Positions 10,445-20,797 of a DNA stretch of 36,754 bases are shown here, piece by piece. Made by a program: the position numbers and the translations under genes. Each line of letters opens with the position of its first letter. Positions within the stretch are counted from its first letter, which is position 1. Location: assembly GCA_002245135.1 (NCBI GenBank), contig NGBS01000922.1:1-36754 (forward strand). Reading direction: 5' to 3'. This DNA comes from Proteromonas lacertae. Taxonomy: Eukaryota. The notes below the pieces were generated by a model, which had not been told where the DNA came from, searched no databases, and saw only the letters and a program-made list of their open reading frames with translations.

Positions 10445-10685
10445 GTAATATCTTCTCTATATCAACACATGTATATTTTCTTATATGTGAACTGTAATTC
10501 AAGCATTTAATATTTTTTATTGCATTCATTCGCATTATAGTATGTAGTATTATATCATTATTATATGCATATTTAGAAATTAATTCTTTAATAAATACTA
10601 TATATGAAAATATTATAGCAATAGACAAATAAGATACAAAACGACGATATTTAGATACTATTGGTAAATTCTGACAGAATATTAT
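10440..10685 (-). pseudogene. N-terminal fragment of a signal-anchored protein, convergent with the GT2 fragment
   Basis: Open frame KYRRFVSYLSIAIIFSYIVFIKE... (basic then hydrophobic anchor) that runs into the GT2 fragment at about 10440. Confidence 0.35.
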
Positions 10686-10695
10686 TTATTATGAA

Positions 10696-11766
10696 ATGAT
10701 AATAAAACAGTTATATTATTTCTTTATTCTATTTTATTTTATATATAGATATAGCATATATTTTCACAAAAAGAATTATGGTGTATTATATAGTATTGAG
10801 TCAGCTGGAGGATTAGGAAATAAACTATTGGGAATAACTGGAACATATTTATTATCAGTTTTGTCTGATAGGCAGTTTCATTGTATATGAAATGTCTATA
10901 TAGCAATAGTTATAGGAAGTGTAATAAAACAATATATAAATCTAAGTATTGTTGATCCTACTCCAATAAAATCTATTGATAAGATTAATAAGTCGCTAGT
11001 TTTTTCATTTTATCGATATTGTATTAATCCTGTTGATATGGTAATCACTATTAGTAGATCAAAACTTCTTTCTATATCGATTGAGAGTATACATGATTTA
11101 GTTCCAACCATAATATGTGCAAGAATTTTTTATAACAAGTTAAAGTATTTTAAATTCATTAATTGCTCAAAATTAGAAGATATTAAAGGTCAAATACTTG
11201 AAGTTAACTATATTTTGTTAAACTATTATTTTACATTTTATAAAAAGCATATTAGGAAAGGTCAAAAATTCTTCAAAAGAGATAACAATGTTATATATGT
11301 AGGTATACATACTCGTTTTAATGATGATTGCCTTAAAAGAAAATGTTTAATAGATGGGAAGGTAATATACAAAATTAGAAAAATGGCAACAAGATTATGT
11401 AGAAGTAAATATAATTTCATTTTGAGTTCATTTAATTCTAATTTTTCTAAAAAATTTCTTAGTGTAAATAATAGTACAATAATATACAACCCTAATGTTG
11501 ATATTAAGCATACATATCTCTCAGGAAGTATGAATCAAGTAGATATTGAGAAAACAGTTATTGATATATATATAGTGAGTGAATCAGATAAATTAATGTT
11601 AAGTAGTTATTCAACATACTCATTATTGATTCTGTATAAGGGAATATATAGTAGATACAAAAATTGTAAAAGAAAGAAGTATATATTTTGGAATGGAAAA
11701 GAATTATTAGATCATTTGAATAGGTACAAAAGAAAGAAAAGTATATGTCAGAGTATAAAATTATAA
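10696..11766 (+). CDS. Fucosyltransferase of the GT11/GT23/GT37 clan, with one tiny intron (10883-10903 or 10883-10909)
   Basis: GGLGNKL, VGIHTR and DIYIVSESD...SSYSTYS motifs. ORFs 10696 and 11038 share one frame, separated only by TGA 10888-10890, which lies inside GTATATGA...TATAG (21 nt; the 27-nt alternative is also in frame). Confidence 0.8.
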
Positions 11767-11769
11767 TAT

Positions 11770-12684
11770 CTAAGGTTGATTTAAAGAGTTGGTGATGTTA
11801 AAAGCTGACCCAGAATGATTAATAGATTTAGTATGATTAGTATAATAAATAAATGATATAGGTATGTTTTTAAACGATATATACCAATCTACATGATGGG
11901 CAATATAAGGAGCAAGAGATCTAAAAGATTTTTTAGAATGCCTTTTAAATTTAGTATTTCTTCTTCTCATTCCAAATATTGTATCTATATCTGCTTCAAT
12001 AACTGAATAATAACTATTTTTATAATAAACTTCATAATGATTACTTTTTATGTATCTAGATTCAAATGAGTATACTTTTTTGTAATCAGGAAAATTTGGT
12101 GATATATCATTGATCATTAATGATGGTCCAATTACATTGATATTGCAATTGCTAAGTATAGTCGCATAAAACTGAAATATATCACTAGGTACATTGTTTA
12201 ATATAATATCAATATCTGAAAGAATGTAATATCTTATGTATATATTTCTTTTTAAGTAGCTATATATTACATTAGTAACTTCTTTATCAATTGCATCTCT
12301 CCATTTAGTCTCTTTTAAGTAGTAAATATGTATATTATATTCTTTTATTAAATAATCATAGTACTTTAATAGCCCTTTAAATGTAGTATTATGATCAAAA
12401 ATAATGATTTTCAATTTTGTATTTTTATAAATTTTAAGCCAATATTTTAGAGAATAATATACAGCATATAATCTATCTCTAGATAGAAGAAACACTAAAA
12501 TACTACCTACATTTATTTCTTTTAAAGGATAATTACAGCTAATTTTATTTAGTATATTCATATGGAGTTGTTCAAAATCATTCAATCTTTCATTATTCTG
12601 TAACGAAAATGTGTCTGAACTATAGAAAAACAATATGAAATATAAATAACATATTATAATATAAAATAAAAATAATCTATACAT
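11770..12684 (-). CDS. GT-A fold (GT2-like) glycosyltransferase of a bacterial/viral type, signal-anchored
   Basis: Motifs SRDRL, IIFDHNTTF, YYILSDIDI, GPSLMINDI, ADIDTIF and PYIAHHVDWY. Confidence 0.75.
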   Translation of the reverse strand: MYRLFLFYIIICYLYFILFFYSSDTFSLQNNERLNDFEQLHMNILNKISCNYPLKEINVGSILVFLLSRDRLYAVYYSLKYWLKIYKNTKLKIIIFDHNTTFKGLLKYYDYLIKEYNIHIYYLKETKWRDAIDKEVTNVIYSYLKRNIYIRYYILSDIDIILNNVPSDIFQFYATILSNCNINVIGPSLMINDISPNFPDYKKVYSFESRYIKSNHYEVYYKNSYYSVIEADIDTIFGMRRRNTKFKRHSKKSFRSLAPYIAHHVDWYISFKNIPISFIYYTNHTKSINHSGSAFNITNSLNQP

Positions 12685-13718
12685 TAAGTTGATATAATAG
12701 TAGGAGTGTTTTTAGAAAAAATGTAATTACAAACTTTACAATAATTGAAATTATAAATGTAATTAAATCTATTATACCATTCTTTAGATATGTTATAATG
12801 CCACTGTTGGTGATGTTGTAATGAAGTGACATTATTTATAATATTCTTAATATAATTTACTAAATGATATATAGAGTCGAAATTGCTCAAATTAATTATC
12901 GCATCAGGATGAGGAAGAAATTTATTTATATCCTTTGGTCCAAAATATATAGGAATAGAACCAGCCAATAAACAATCTGTCAATTTCTCAGTTACATATT
13001 CATTATTTATTTCTGGTGCTTCATATTTTGTTCCATTTTTCCATGTAATAATAGAATTTTCAATAGCTATACAAAATTTATATTGCTTTAGTATATCCAC
13101 TTTATTCTTTATTGGTATATTTTTTGGCCATTCTTTATTATTTAAGTCTTTACCAAATGAATCTACTTTTATATACTTCATTATTTCCTTAACTATATAT
13201 CTTCTGTTTTTGTATGAGACTTTCTGGATATAAACAATATTTTTTCTCTCTTTGAATTGCATAATACTGCCATAGTTTTTATTAGAAGTTTCAATAAAGT
13301 TGTGAAGATTATAGTCAGAATAAATTGGATATGATATATGATGTTTATTGTTAAATAATCTGTAATCAATTCCTATCTGATAGTTTTTGTATCTGCCATC
13401 ACCTATATCTTTCATAAATTGTACTTGGCTTAATTTTTCCGTAGTCATAATAATATTAATTGTGTTGCTAATATTGATTGGAAACCTTCTATTTCCATTG
13501 TAAATAATACCATTGTATTTAGTATATCTATCTTTAATATAATTGCATTGATAAAATGAATGTCTATAGTTGCATGAAAGTGGATGAAATGGAAGAATAT
13601 AATAATTCTTAAATGAATTACCAACTAAAATATTAACATTTATCATATAAATACTACTATAAATTACATAATAAAATGAAATAAAAATTAATAAAATAAT
13701 AAATATAATTCTATTCAT
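12684..13718 (-). CDS. GT10 alpha-1,3/4-fucosyltransferase, signal-anchored
   Basis: Signature YKFCIAIENS...YVTEKLTDCLLAGSIPIYFG, plus VDSFGK. Confidence 0.92.
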   Translation of the reverse strand: MNRIIFIILLIFISFYYVIYSSIYMINVNILVGNSFKNYYILPFHPLSCNYRHSFYQCNYIKDRYTKYNGIIYNGNRRFPINISNTINIIMTTEKLSQVQFMKDIGDGRYKNYQIGIDYRLFNNKHHISYPIYSDYNLHNFIETSNKNYGSIMQFKERKNIVYIQKVSYKNRRYIVKEIMKYIKVDSFGKDLNNKEWPKNIPIKNKVDILKQYKFCIAIENSIITWKNGTKYEAPEINNEYVTEKLTDCLLAGSIPIYFGPKDINKFLPHPDAIINLSNFDSIYHLVNYIKNIINNVTSLQHHQQWHYNISKEWYNRFNYIYNFNYCKVCNYIFSKNTPTIIST

Positions 13719-13773
13719 TGATTGTTATTCTTGCAAATGAAATATCAAACATATGATTTGAATATAATATATA

Positions 13774-14529
13774 ATGTATTATTTTATAATATCTCTAATT
13801 CTATATGTAATTATATCAAATTCAATAAAGCGCCATTATTACAAAAATGTAATTCTAATTAGATTTCATTTTTTTACCTCCTTTCAGTTAGTTAGATTCA
13901 ATAGATGGAAAAACTTATCCAACAATAATAACATATATATTTATTTAACAGATGTGAATAATCAAAAATACAGAGAAATAGATAATTTGTATGTTATTAC
14001 AGCTAATGAAGTATTACGCTACTATCCATCTTTAAAAAGAACAGGTTATTGTGGTGGTAAAAATAAACAATTCTTTATGTGGACATTTCATATTGAACAT
14101 ATCATGTTATGTATAAAATATATTTTAAGAATTTATAAATTTAAATATGATTGTATAGACAGTGATTGTATTTCTGGAGAATATTTTATAAATAATAGAG
14201 GATGGTACTACTGTAGCACAAAAGAATATAAAACACTTCGTCTAAAAACATTGCATGGAATAGGATATAAAACTAATGAGCACATTCAAAGATGGGGTAT
14301 TAATTACATATATAAAGTAAAAAAGTTACTAAATAAATATATTCATTCACAATCTGAGCATTCAAGTATAGAATTTGTTTTTCTTAATAACCTTTCATAT
14401 CATCCATTAAATAAAAATGACATAGGTTATAAATATTCATTTAAATCAAAAATAACATTGAAAGAATGGATATACATAATGAAGAATAAGTCAAACCATA
14501 ATAAATTGTTTCATGCTTTAAAGTTTTAA
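13774..14529 (+). CDS. Signal-anchored protein, possibly GT-A/DUF3405-like; may carry an internal in-frame deletion
   Basis: Hydrophobic N-terminus, EHIQRW...HSQSE and a terminal KLFHALK motif. No clear central acidic motif. Located within the glycan cluster. Confidence 0.5.
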   Translation: MYYFIISLILYVIISNSIKRHYYKNVILIRFHFFTSFQLVRFNRWKNLSNNNNIYIYLTDVNNQKYREIDNLYVITANEVLRYYPSLKRTGYCGGKNKQFFMWTFHIEHIMLCIKYILRIYKFKYDCIDSDCISGEYFINNRGWYYCSTKEYKTLRLKTLHGIGYKTNEHIQRWGINYIYKVKKLLNKYIHSQSEHSSIEFVFLNNLSYHPLNKNDIGYKYSFKSKITLKEWIYIMKNKSNHNKLFHALKF

Positions 14530-14533
14530 GATT

Positions 14534-15912
14534 TTAATATCTTACTATGCACTTTCTATATGTATAGTTAAATAACTCAATAGTGCTTACTGAAAAATCA
14601 ATATCAATTATAATGTATTTTATAAGTATATTTAAATATGATTTTATTGTTTCATAATTTATTATACTCATATTATATTTAAATATAGAAATACTATTTT
14701 TTATTTGTTGAGGTATTAAAGTATTATTTATAAAAGACTAAACTAATAGATATAAATAATTATACATTTTCTCTATATTTACTGCTGAAACAATTATCAA
14801 GGTTTCTTATTTTCCAACAATCAATATATGAACAGAATACTGTATTATATATTCCGCAATATTTACATACTATTTTTGGAAAGATGAATACATATTTTGT
14901 AAGATTCGAAATATATAATCCAATCCACAATAGATTCTCAATATCATCAATTGTTGATATATTAGTATATATAAAAGTGAAATAATTTCTATTCAATTCA
15001 CTATAGTAATTGTCTAAATCGACATTGTAAAACAGCATTTCTTTTTCTCTATATATTTTTGCATCTGCTCCTTTAATATAATTGTTATGAACAGATATGC
15101 AATGATTATCTATATAAAGTATAAATAGAAATACCTTTTAAATCGTCATAGAAATGTCTTTTCCCTTTTATGTAGAATATATCGCCATTGCAATATATAT
15201 AAATATTTAAATAAATAATGGAAATTGTATTTTTTTTGCTATTTATTACAATATTCCATATTTTTTGTTCGCTATTCAATTTTAAAGACCTTGATTTGTT
15301 TAATACATTATCAATGAATAATTTTGTCCGATTATTACTTTTTAAATAGCTAATAGAATTAATAACTCATTGTTTATACTACAGGCCTGTATTGACTATT
15401 TTATTTCCATCTTGAGATATAATTAAATCTTCTGAATAATTAAGGATAGACTTTATTGGATTTTCAAAGAAATAAATATCGATATCTAACAGAATAATTT
15501 CTTTATTTAAAGAAAGTAAAATTTGGTTAATTTTTGTTTTGCTTAACACAATCTTGCCATAGTTTTCAGATCCATAGTCAACATCTTTTCCATTGCTTAT
15601 ATTTATCATATAAAGGAATAAGTTTAATGTATATTTTTTCATAAATATATATGAATCTGTATCTAGAGCAACATAATAATGATGTGGAACATTGTATTTA
15701 TTTACATAATTTATTTGAAAATTCAATGCATCATTTATCACTGCTTTAGAAATTATAGAGTATTCTACAACATATGATTTGATTCTTTTCTTGATACACG
15801 AACTATAAAGATTATAACAAATCCTTGAATTGCTTGTTAATATTATTTCATATATTATAAATTGAAGAAATATTAAAATAGTAACATTAAAATATAGAAT
15901 CATTATAATCAT
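14534..15912 (-). CDS. GT77 / nucleotide-diphospho-sugar transferase, four exons (introns 15350-15379, 15110-15134, 14738-14765)
   Basis: Splicing GT-AG introns of 30, 25 and 28 nt restores LLDIDIYFFENP, NTGLYYLKSNNRT, EQKIWN, HNNYIKG..AKIYREKE and RENSFINN.LIP. Stop TAA at 14536-14534. Confidence 0.88.
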
Positions 15913-15931
15913 CTATATATTTTTCTTTTGA

Positions 15932-17695
15932 CTAACCACAATTTATAGTATCATTAATAAAGTGTAGTTTAAAATTATTACTGTATAAATAATACTTAAT
16001 ATCCTTTATATTAAATATCATTCTTAATGAAAATAATAATGAGTATATTTTTAAATGAATAAATTCAAAAGATAAATGATTATTATCTACATACATAAGT
16101 ATATCATTTATCAATAGATTGCATGTGCCATTTTGACATAAAATATCTATGAATGATAAATACTTTTCTCTCATAAAATGTTTGATTATATTATATTCAA
16201 AAAATACACATTCTTTTGTATATAATCGAAAAGTAAGATTATTTACATTTTCTTTAATGTAATTATGAGGATTAAATTTAAGCAAGGGAATATCCTCTAT
16301 GAAATAAATGTCATTTGTTATATTATTTAATTGACTAATACATTCCAATATTTTTATTTGGATAATACTATTATTAGTTTTTAGTACATTTACAAAATAT
16401 GATATGAAAATAGATACTATTCTATATATTTTTATTTGTTTGATTTCTTGCACTATCATGCTATATCTACTTTTTGTCATTTTGTTGACTTTAACCCATA
16501 TAAATAATAAATGTAACTTATTTATCAATGCTAGTTTATACAGTAATTTAGACCAAACAAGTAAATGAGAATCTCCTATCAATAAATACCAATTTCTATT
16601 AACTATATATGAAAAATCTGTCTTTCTTACAGCATTTCTTTTACATTCTATTCTTAATGTATTATAATTTGATGAGAATAGAGGAGGTTTGGTAATAATA
16701 CCATAATTATATTTTCTGAAACTTATTCTATATAGTGTTGCACCTAATAAAACAGATATTACAATAATTAACCATCTGTATTTTTTGATATATTTAAATG
16801 GAAATTCTATACAATAATATGAGGATAAAGAATGAACTAAAATTGAGATAATATATACTATAAATACCTTACTTCTATGTAGTATTAATAGAATATAGTG
16901 TCATAAATATAATGAGTATGATATCTCTCCTATAAATGATAAAAGATATGATCTAAGTAATTCATTCACAGAGAATTTAGTATAATTTTCATTATAAAAC
17001 AATGGTATTAAAGATATGAATGGTATTAGAGGATAATAACTTGGATAGATGTATTAAACATAAATGAAAACATAAGTAGAATTATAACCCCTAGTAGTGA
17101 TGAAGTACTTGTATTGTGCTGATTATACTTTTGCAAAATATACATTATCATTCCGAATAAGAATTCCCACAATCTTACTTTCAACATAAAATAAGCTAAG
17201 CTATAATACCTATTTGATATAATAATAGAATAGATTAATGATATAAGGAATAACGTATATTTCATTACATTTGTGCTAAATAAAATAAAGGGAAACAACA
17301 AGTAGAATTGTTCTTCTATTGATAATGACCAAAAATGTAGAATTTTTATTATAGAATCGAATATTAGCTATGCCAAATACAGCATATCTTACATCAGTTT
17401 GAACATTATTTGGATTATAATCTTTCAGATTCTTTATATTTATTAATACATATAACAAAATTAAATAGCTAATTGGTATAATTCTTTTTATCCTATTCAA
17501 ATAGAATTCTATTAACAAAGAAGTTTTCGTTAATTTTCTATTTACATAAACCATGATCATAATATAACCTGATATTAAAAAGAAAACATCAACACCTATA
17601 TATCCTCCTCTTAATATTTTGCAATTATAGTGATAAATTATAACTAATAAAACAGCAATTCCTCTCAGACCATCAATGTCTTTCCTAAATTTCAT
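15932..17695 (-). pseudogene. AT3-SGNH (OafA/OatA-like) O-acyltransferase, inactivated
   Basis: Motifs FRKDIDGLRGIAV, GVDVFFLISG, LHFWSLSIEEQFY, GEISYSLYL*H (TGA 16903-16901 at the usual Trp), GDSH and DNNHL. Frameshifts near 17341 and 17050. Confidence 0.88.
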
Positions 17696-17944
17696 TTTAT
17701 ACAAGATGGTTTAATAATCGAAAAAATACAAATAAATTCAAGCCTCACTCAAGCCAACTTTTAAATCTAATCATCTCAGTTAATGTATTTCATACAATAG
17801 TATTTATCTCAAAATAGTATATTGTAGACATAGGTTATATGACAAATTAAGTATAAAAATAACAATATGTGTTGTGCATATTAGTATTCTCTTATGGCTT
17901 TAGCTGGATGTATATCAAAAATTACGAATTTAATATAATAAAAG

Positions 17945-17995
17945 AATGTATTTATTGTATATGTCAAGTTTATCCGATCATACAATAAATACATT
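17945..17995. repeat. Perfect 16-bp inverted repeat just 3' of the 18004-19737 gene
   Basis: AATGTATTTATTGTAT (17945-17960) and ATACAATAAATACATT (17980-17995) with a 19-nt loop. Confidence 0.75.
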
Positions 17996-18003
17996 ATATT
18001 GAT

Positions 18004-19737
18004 CTAGCAGTTTCTATAATAATACTTTCCATATACATAAAAGTTGCACATTCTTATTTTATTATTTAGTGTTTTATTTTCAATGGTAAGTATATTTGAT
18101 AATACATCATTGAAATTATTTCGATATGTTCTTGAATATAAAGGTGTTATATGTGTCATTGTATCATACACGCTTATACCTTGTATTATGCAATTACATT
18201 TTTTATTTGTACATATTTTATGATTTAAAGAAATGTATTTTGTGTTATTCAATTCTGTAATATGTATTGGATATATCGTAGCATTTATTCCAATAATAGT
18301 ATAGCATTCTTTTCTATGTTTCATATAACAATATAAACAAATGTTACTATTTTTTAACCTTGGAGTATCTTCAATATATAATGCATTAGGTATAAAAGAG
18401 GTAAAATATTTAATCATACTTGTAACATTATATTCTATTTCATTGTATTTATTATCAGCATATTCTGACATAACTGAACTAAATATTACTAAAATCCATT
18501 TTAATTTTGTATTACCAAAATATTTGTCATATAATTCAGTAAAATTGTCACATCTTAATCTAAAATAGAAATAATGCATCATTATGCCATGCTGTTTTGT
18601 AAAAGGAACTAGAGCTGGAATCCATTGTTCTAAATGTGAATCTCCAATCAACAAAAAATTCCTTTCTGTAATATAATCATTTCCTTTTAAATGACAATGA
18701 CTACACCATAATTGATAAGATGAAGCTATTCCTTCTTTTATAACACTTATATTTTTATCTATCCTTTTAATATTCAGAAATACAATCATTTTCTTTATTA
18801 TTACAATAGCAGAGCATAAAATGAATAAGTATATAACATTTCCATGAGTTTTGATATTTTTTTCTATCAAATAAAATTCAATAATAGCTAATAGAAGAGA
18901 CTTCGTAATACTCATTACAATTTTATTTTTTTTGTTACAACTAAATATATAATGGCATAAATATAATGTATAAGATATTTTTCCAATAAAGGCAACTATT
19001 TTATTTATTAAATGACATATAGTATAATTATTTTTACTTGTACATATCATCGTTGATAAAACTGATAATAGAATAACATTAATGAAAGGACTAACTATAA
19101 TACACATATTTAAAATTATAATAGTCAATATTCCAATATCAATATTCATATAAACATTAATTTTGGTGTATATTGGAAGTAAATAATACCATATTCTTAT
19201 TAATGTGTTATAGTAATATGAGTTATCCTTTAAATAACATTCACTTATAAAATCATATGATAAAGAAAAAACTATGATTGCATAATATAACATTTTACTT
19301 TTGAATAAACTTTGAAGAACTATTTGAATTAAGAATAATTGAAATATAACAGATACATACCATAAATGATTGAAGAAGGATTTATTTTCTTTATAAAAGT
19401 AATCATTTTCACTATATATTAGCCTTATGTTATAAACATATATAAAAGCATACATAGAATCTATACAATCATTTTCATTCAAAATTTTGTTGTTTATTAG
19501 AACTGCAATTGTATATATTATCAAAAGATAATAACTTGGAGATATTCTATAATATCTATGGTAAATACTTCGGCAATTATATTTTTCTCTCTGTCTTTGA
19601 GATAAAAATCCTGCTATATTTATAAATACTATAACTCCTAAATATCCATATTTGAACATATCAATATTATTATGATAAAATAAAATAAATAAAATTCCAT
19701 AACCCTTTAACAACACCAAATCATATCTATAATTCAT
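18004..19737 (-). CDS. AT3-SGNH (OafA/OatA-like) O-acyltransferase, divergent, intact ORF
   Basis: Motifs RYDLVLLKG, NHLWYVSV..Q, GKISYTLYLCH and LIGDSH; multiple TM segments followed by a Cys-rich SGNH domain. Confidence 0.88.
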   Translation of the reverse strand: MNYRYDLVLLKGYGILFILFYHNNIDMFKYGYLGVIVFINIAGFLSQRQREKYNCRSIYHRYYRISPSYYLLIIYTIAVLINNKILNENDCIDSMYAFIYVYNIRLIYSENDYFYKENKSFFNHLWYVSVIFQLFLIQIVLQSLFKSKMLYYAIIVFSLSYDFISECYLKDNSYYYNTLIRIWYYLLPIYTKINVYMNIDIGILTIIILNMCIIVSPFINVILLSVLSTMICTSKNNYTICHLINKIVAFIGKISYTLYLCHYIFSCNKKNKIVMSITKSLLLAIIEFYLIEKNIKTHGNVIYLFILCSAIVIIKKMIVFLNIKRIDKNISVIKEGIASSYQLWCSHCHLKGNDYITERNFLLIGDSHLEQWIPALVPFTKQHGIMMHYFYFRLRCDNFTELYDKYFGNTKLKWILVIFSSVMSEYADNKYNEIEYNVTSMIKYFTSFIPNALYIEDTPRLKNSNICLYCYMKHRKECYTIIGINATIYPIHITELNNTKYISLNHKICTNKKCNCIIQGISVYDTMTHITPLYSRTYRNNFNDVLSNILTIENKTLNNKIRMCNFYVYGKYYYRNC

Positions 19738-19755
19738 CTTATCTTATATGTAATT

Positions 19756-20736
19756 TTAACAGTTTTGATGACAATATTTTACTGAAGGAGGTAAAGGTAT
19801 AACTGCGCTTTTTTCAGTAAATAATGATAATCCTATATATCGTAAAGGAGCATCTCCCCATCTATATATAAATTGACCATAACTTAAATCAACTAAATTA
19901 ATGAATTGATACATCTCTTTTGATGTAAAAAATTTCACCCTACATATTTCAAAATTATTGTAATACATTTTTGCAGTAGAATTAAATATATTACTATATT
20001 TTTCATTATCTTTTGCTATAATATTCATGGATTTCACAAGAGATTCTGTAAATTCTTTTAACCCTTTGACAACTTTACCACTATCATTAGTTATTTTGTT
20101 ATGCATATATACAACATTCTTTTTCATGTATTTGAACAAATTGATCGTAGTATTAAGCACAGATTCTGAATCTAAACGCATGAATAAATCTATGTTACAT
20201 AGAGATTTATGTAAAAACACATCTCTAAAGAAAAATCTACACATATGCTGATAATTCCATTTACCTCTTTTCGTAAAATTTGGTTTAAAATATGATTCAT
20301 TAAATTTATAAGGAAATCTTGCAAATATATTTGAAACATCAACTACATAATAAGATATATTTTTATAATTCTCTTGGATATTTACTTTATCTGTTACATA
20401 GAAAATTAATCTATCATGATAATTTTGTTTCAAAAACAAATAATTTCTTTCGATGAATTGTCTGATTTGATTATAGAATAATAGTACTATTATTACTTTT
20501 TCTTTACCTTTACATATTTTGATTGCATTATATATTCCATTTATATATTCTAATCTACTATTATATAAGTATACTGATTTTATAAATAATTTAGATATGT
20601 TTTGTCTTTCATATATATTTATAAGTTTTATTTCTTTTATTTTATCAATTTTAAAATGTATAGATTTATATAATATCATAAAACATATAATTATAAAAAA
20701 TAATTTAAGATAAAATTTGAATTCACATTTTGTCAT
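19756..20736 (-). CDS. GT15 (KRE2/Mnt1-family) alpha-1,2-mannosyltransferase-like
   Basis: Motifs YQHMCRFF, FMRLD, YYNNFEI and YRWGDAPLR; N-terminal anchor. Confidence 0.9.
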   Translation of the reverse strand: MTKCEFKFYLKLFFIIICFMILYKSIHFKIDKIKEIKLINIYERQNISKLFIKSVYLYNSRLEYINGIYNAIKICKGKEKVIIVLLFYNQIRQFIERNYLFLKQNYHDRLIFYVTDKVNIQENYKNISYYVVDVSNIFARFPYKFNESYFKPNFTKRGKWNYQHMCRFFFRDVFLHKSLCNIDLFMRLDSESVLNTTINLFKYMKKNVVYMHNKITNDSGKVVKGLKEFTESLVKSMNIIAKDNEKYSNIFNSTAKMYYNNFEICRVKFFTSKEMYQFINLVDLSYGQFIYRWGDAPLRYIGLSLFTEKSAVIPLPPSVKYCHQNC

Positions 20737-20797
20737 TTGTTATAACATCAAAAATGAAAGTCTATATGAAAAATCTATTGTTTTTCAATAAATTAAA

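Noticed and set aside
10888..16903. TGA = Trp recoding, suggested by in-frame TGA at 10888, 16901-16903 and 4905
   Set aside because: TGG encodes Trp throughout the window. The 10888 TGA lies inside a GT-AG intron, and the 16903 gene has two other inactivating frameshifts.
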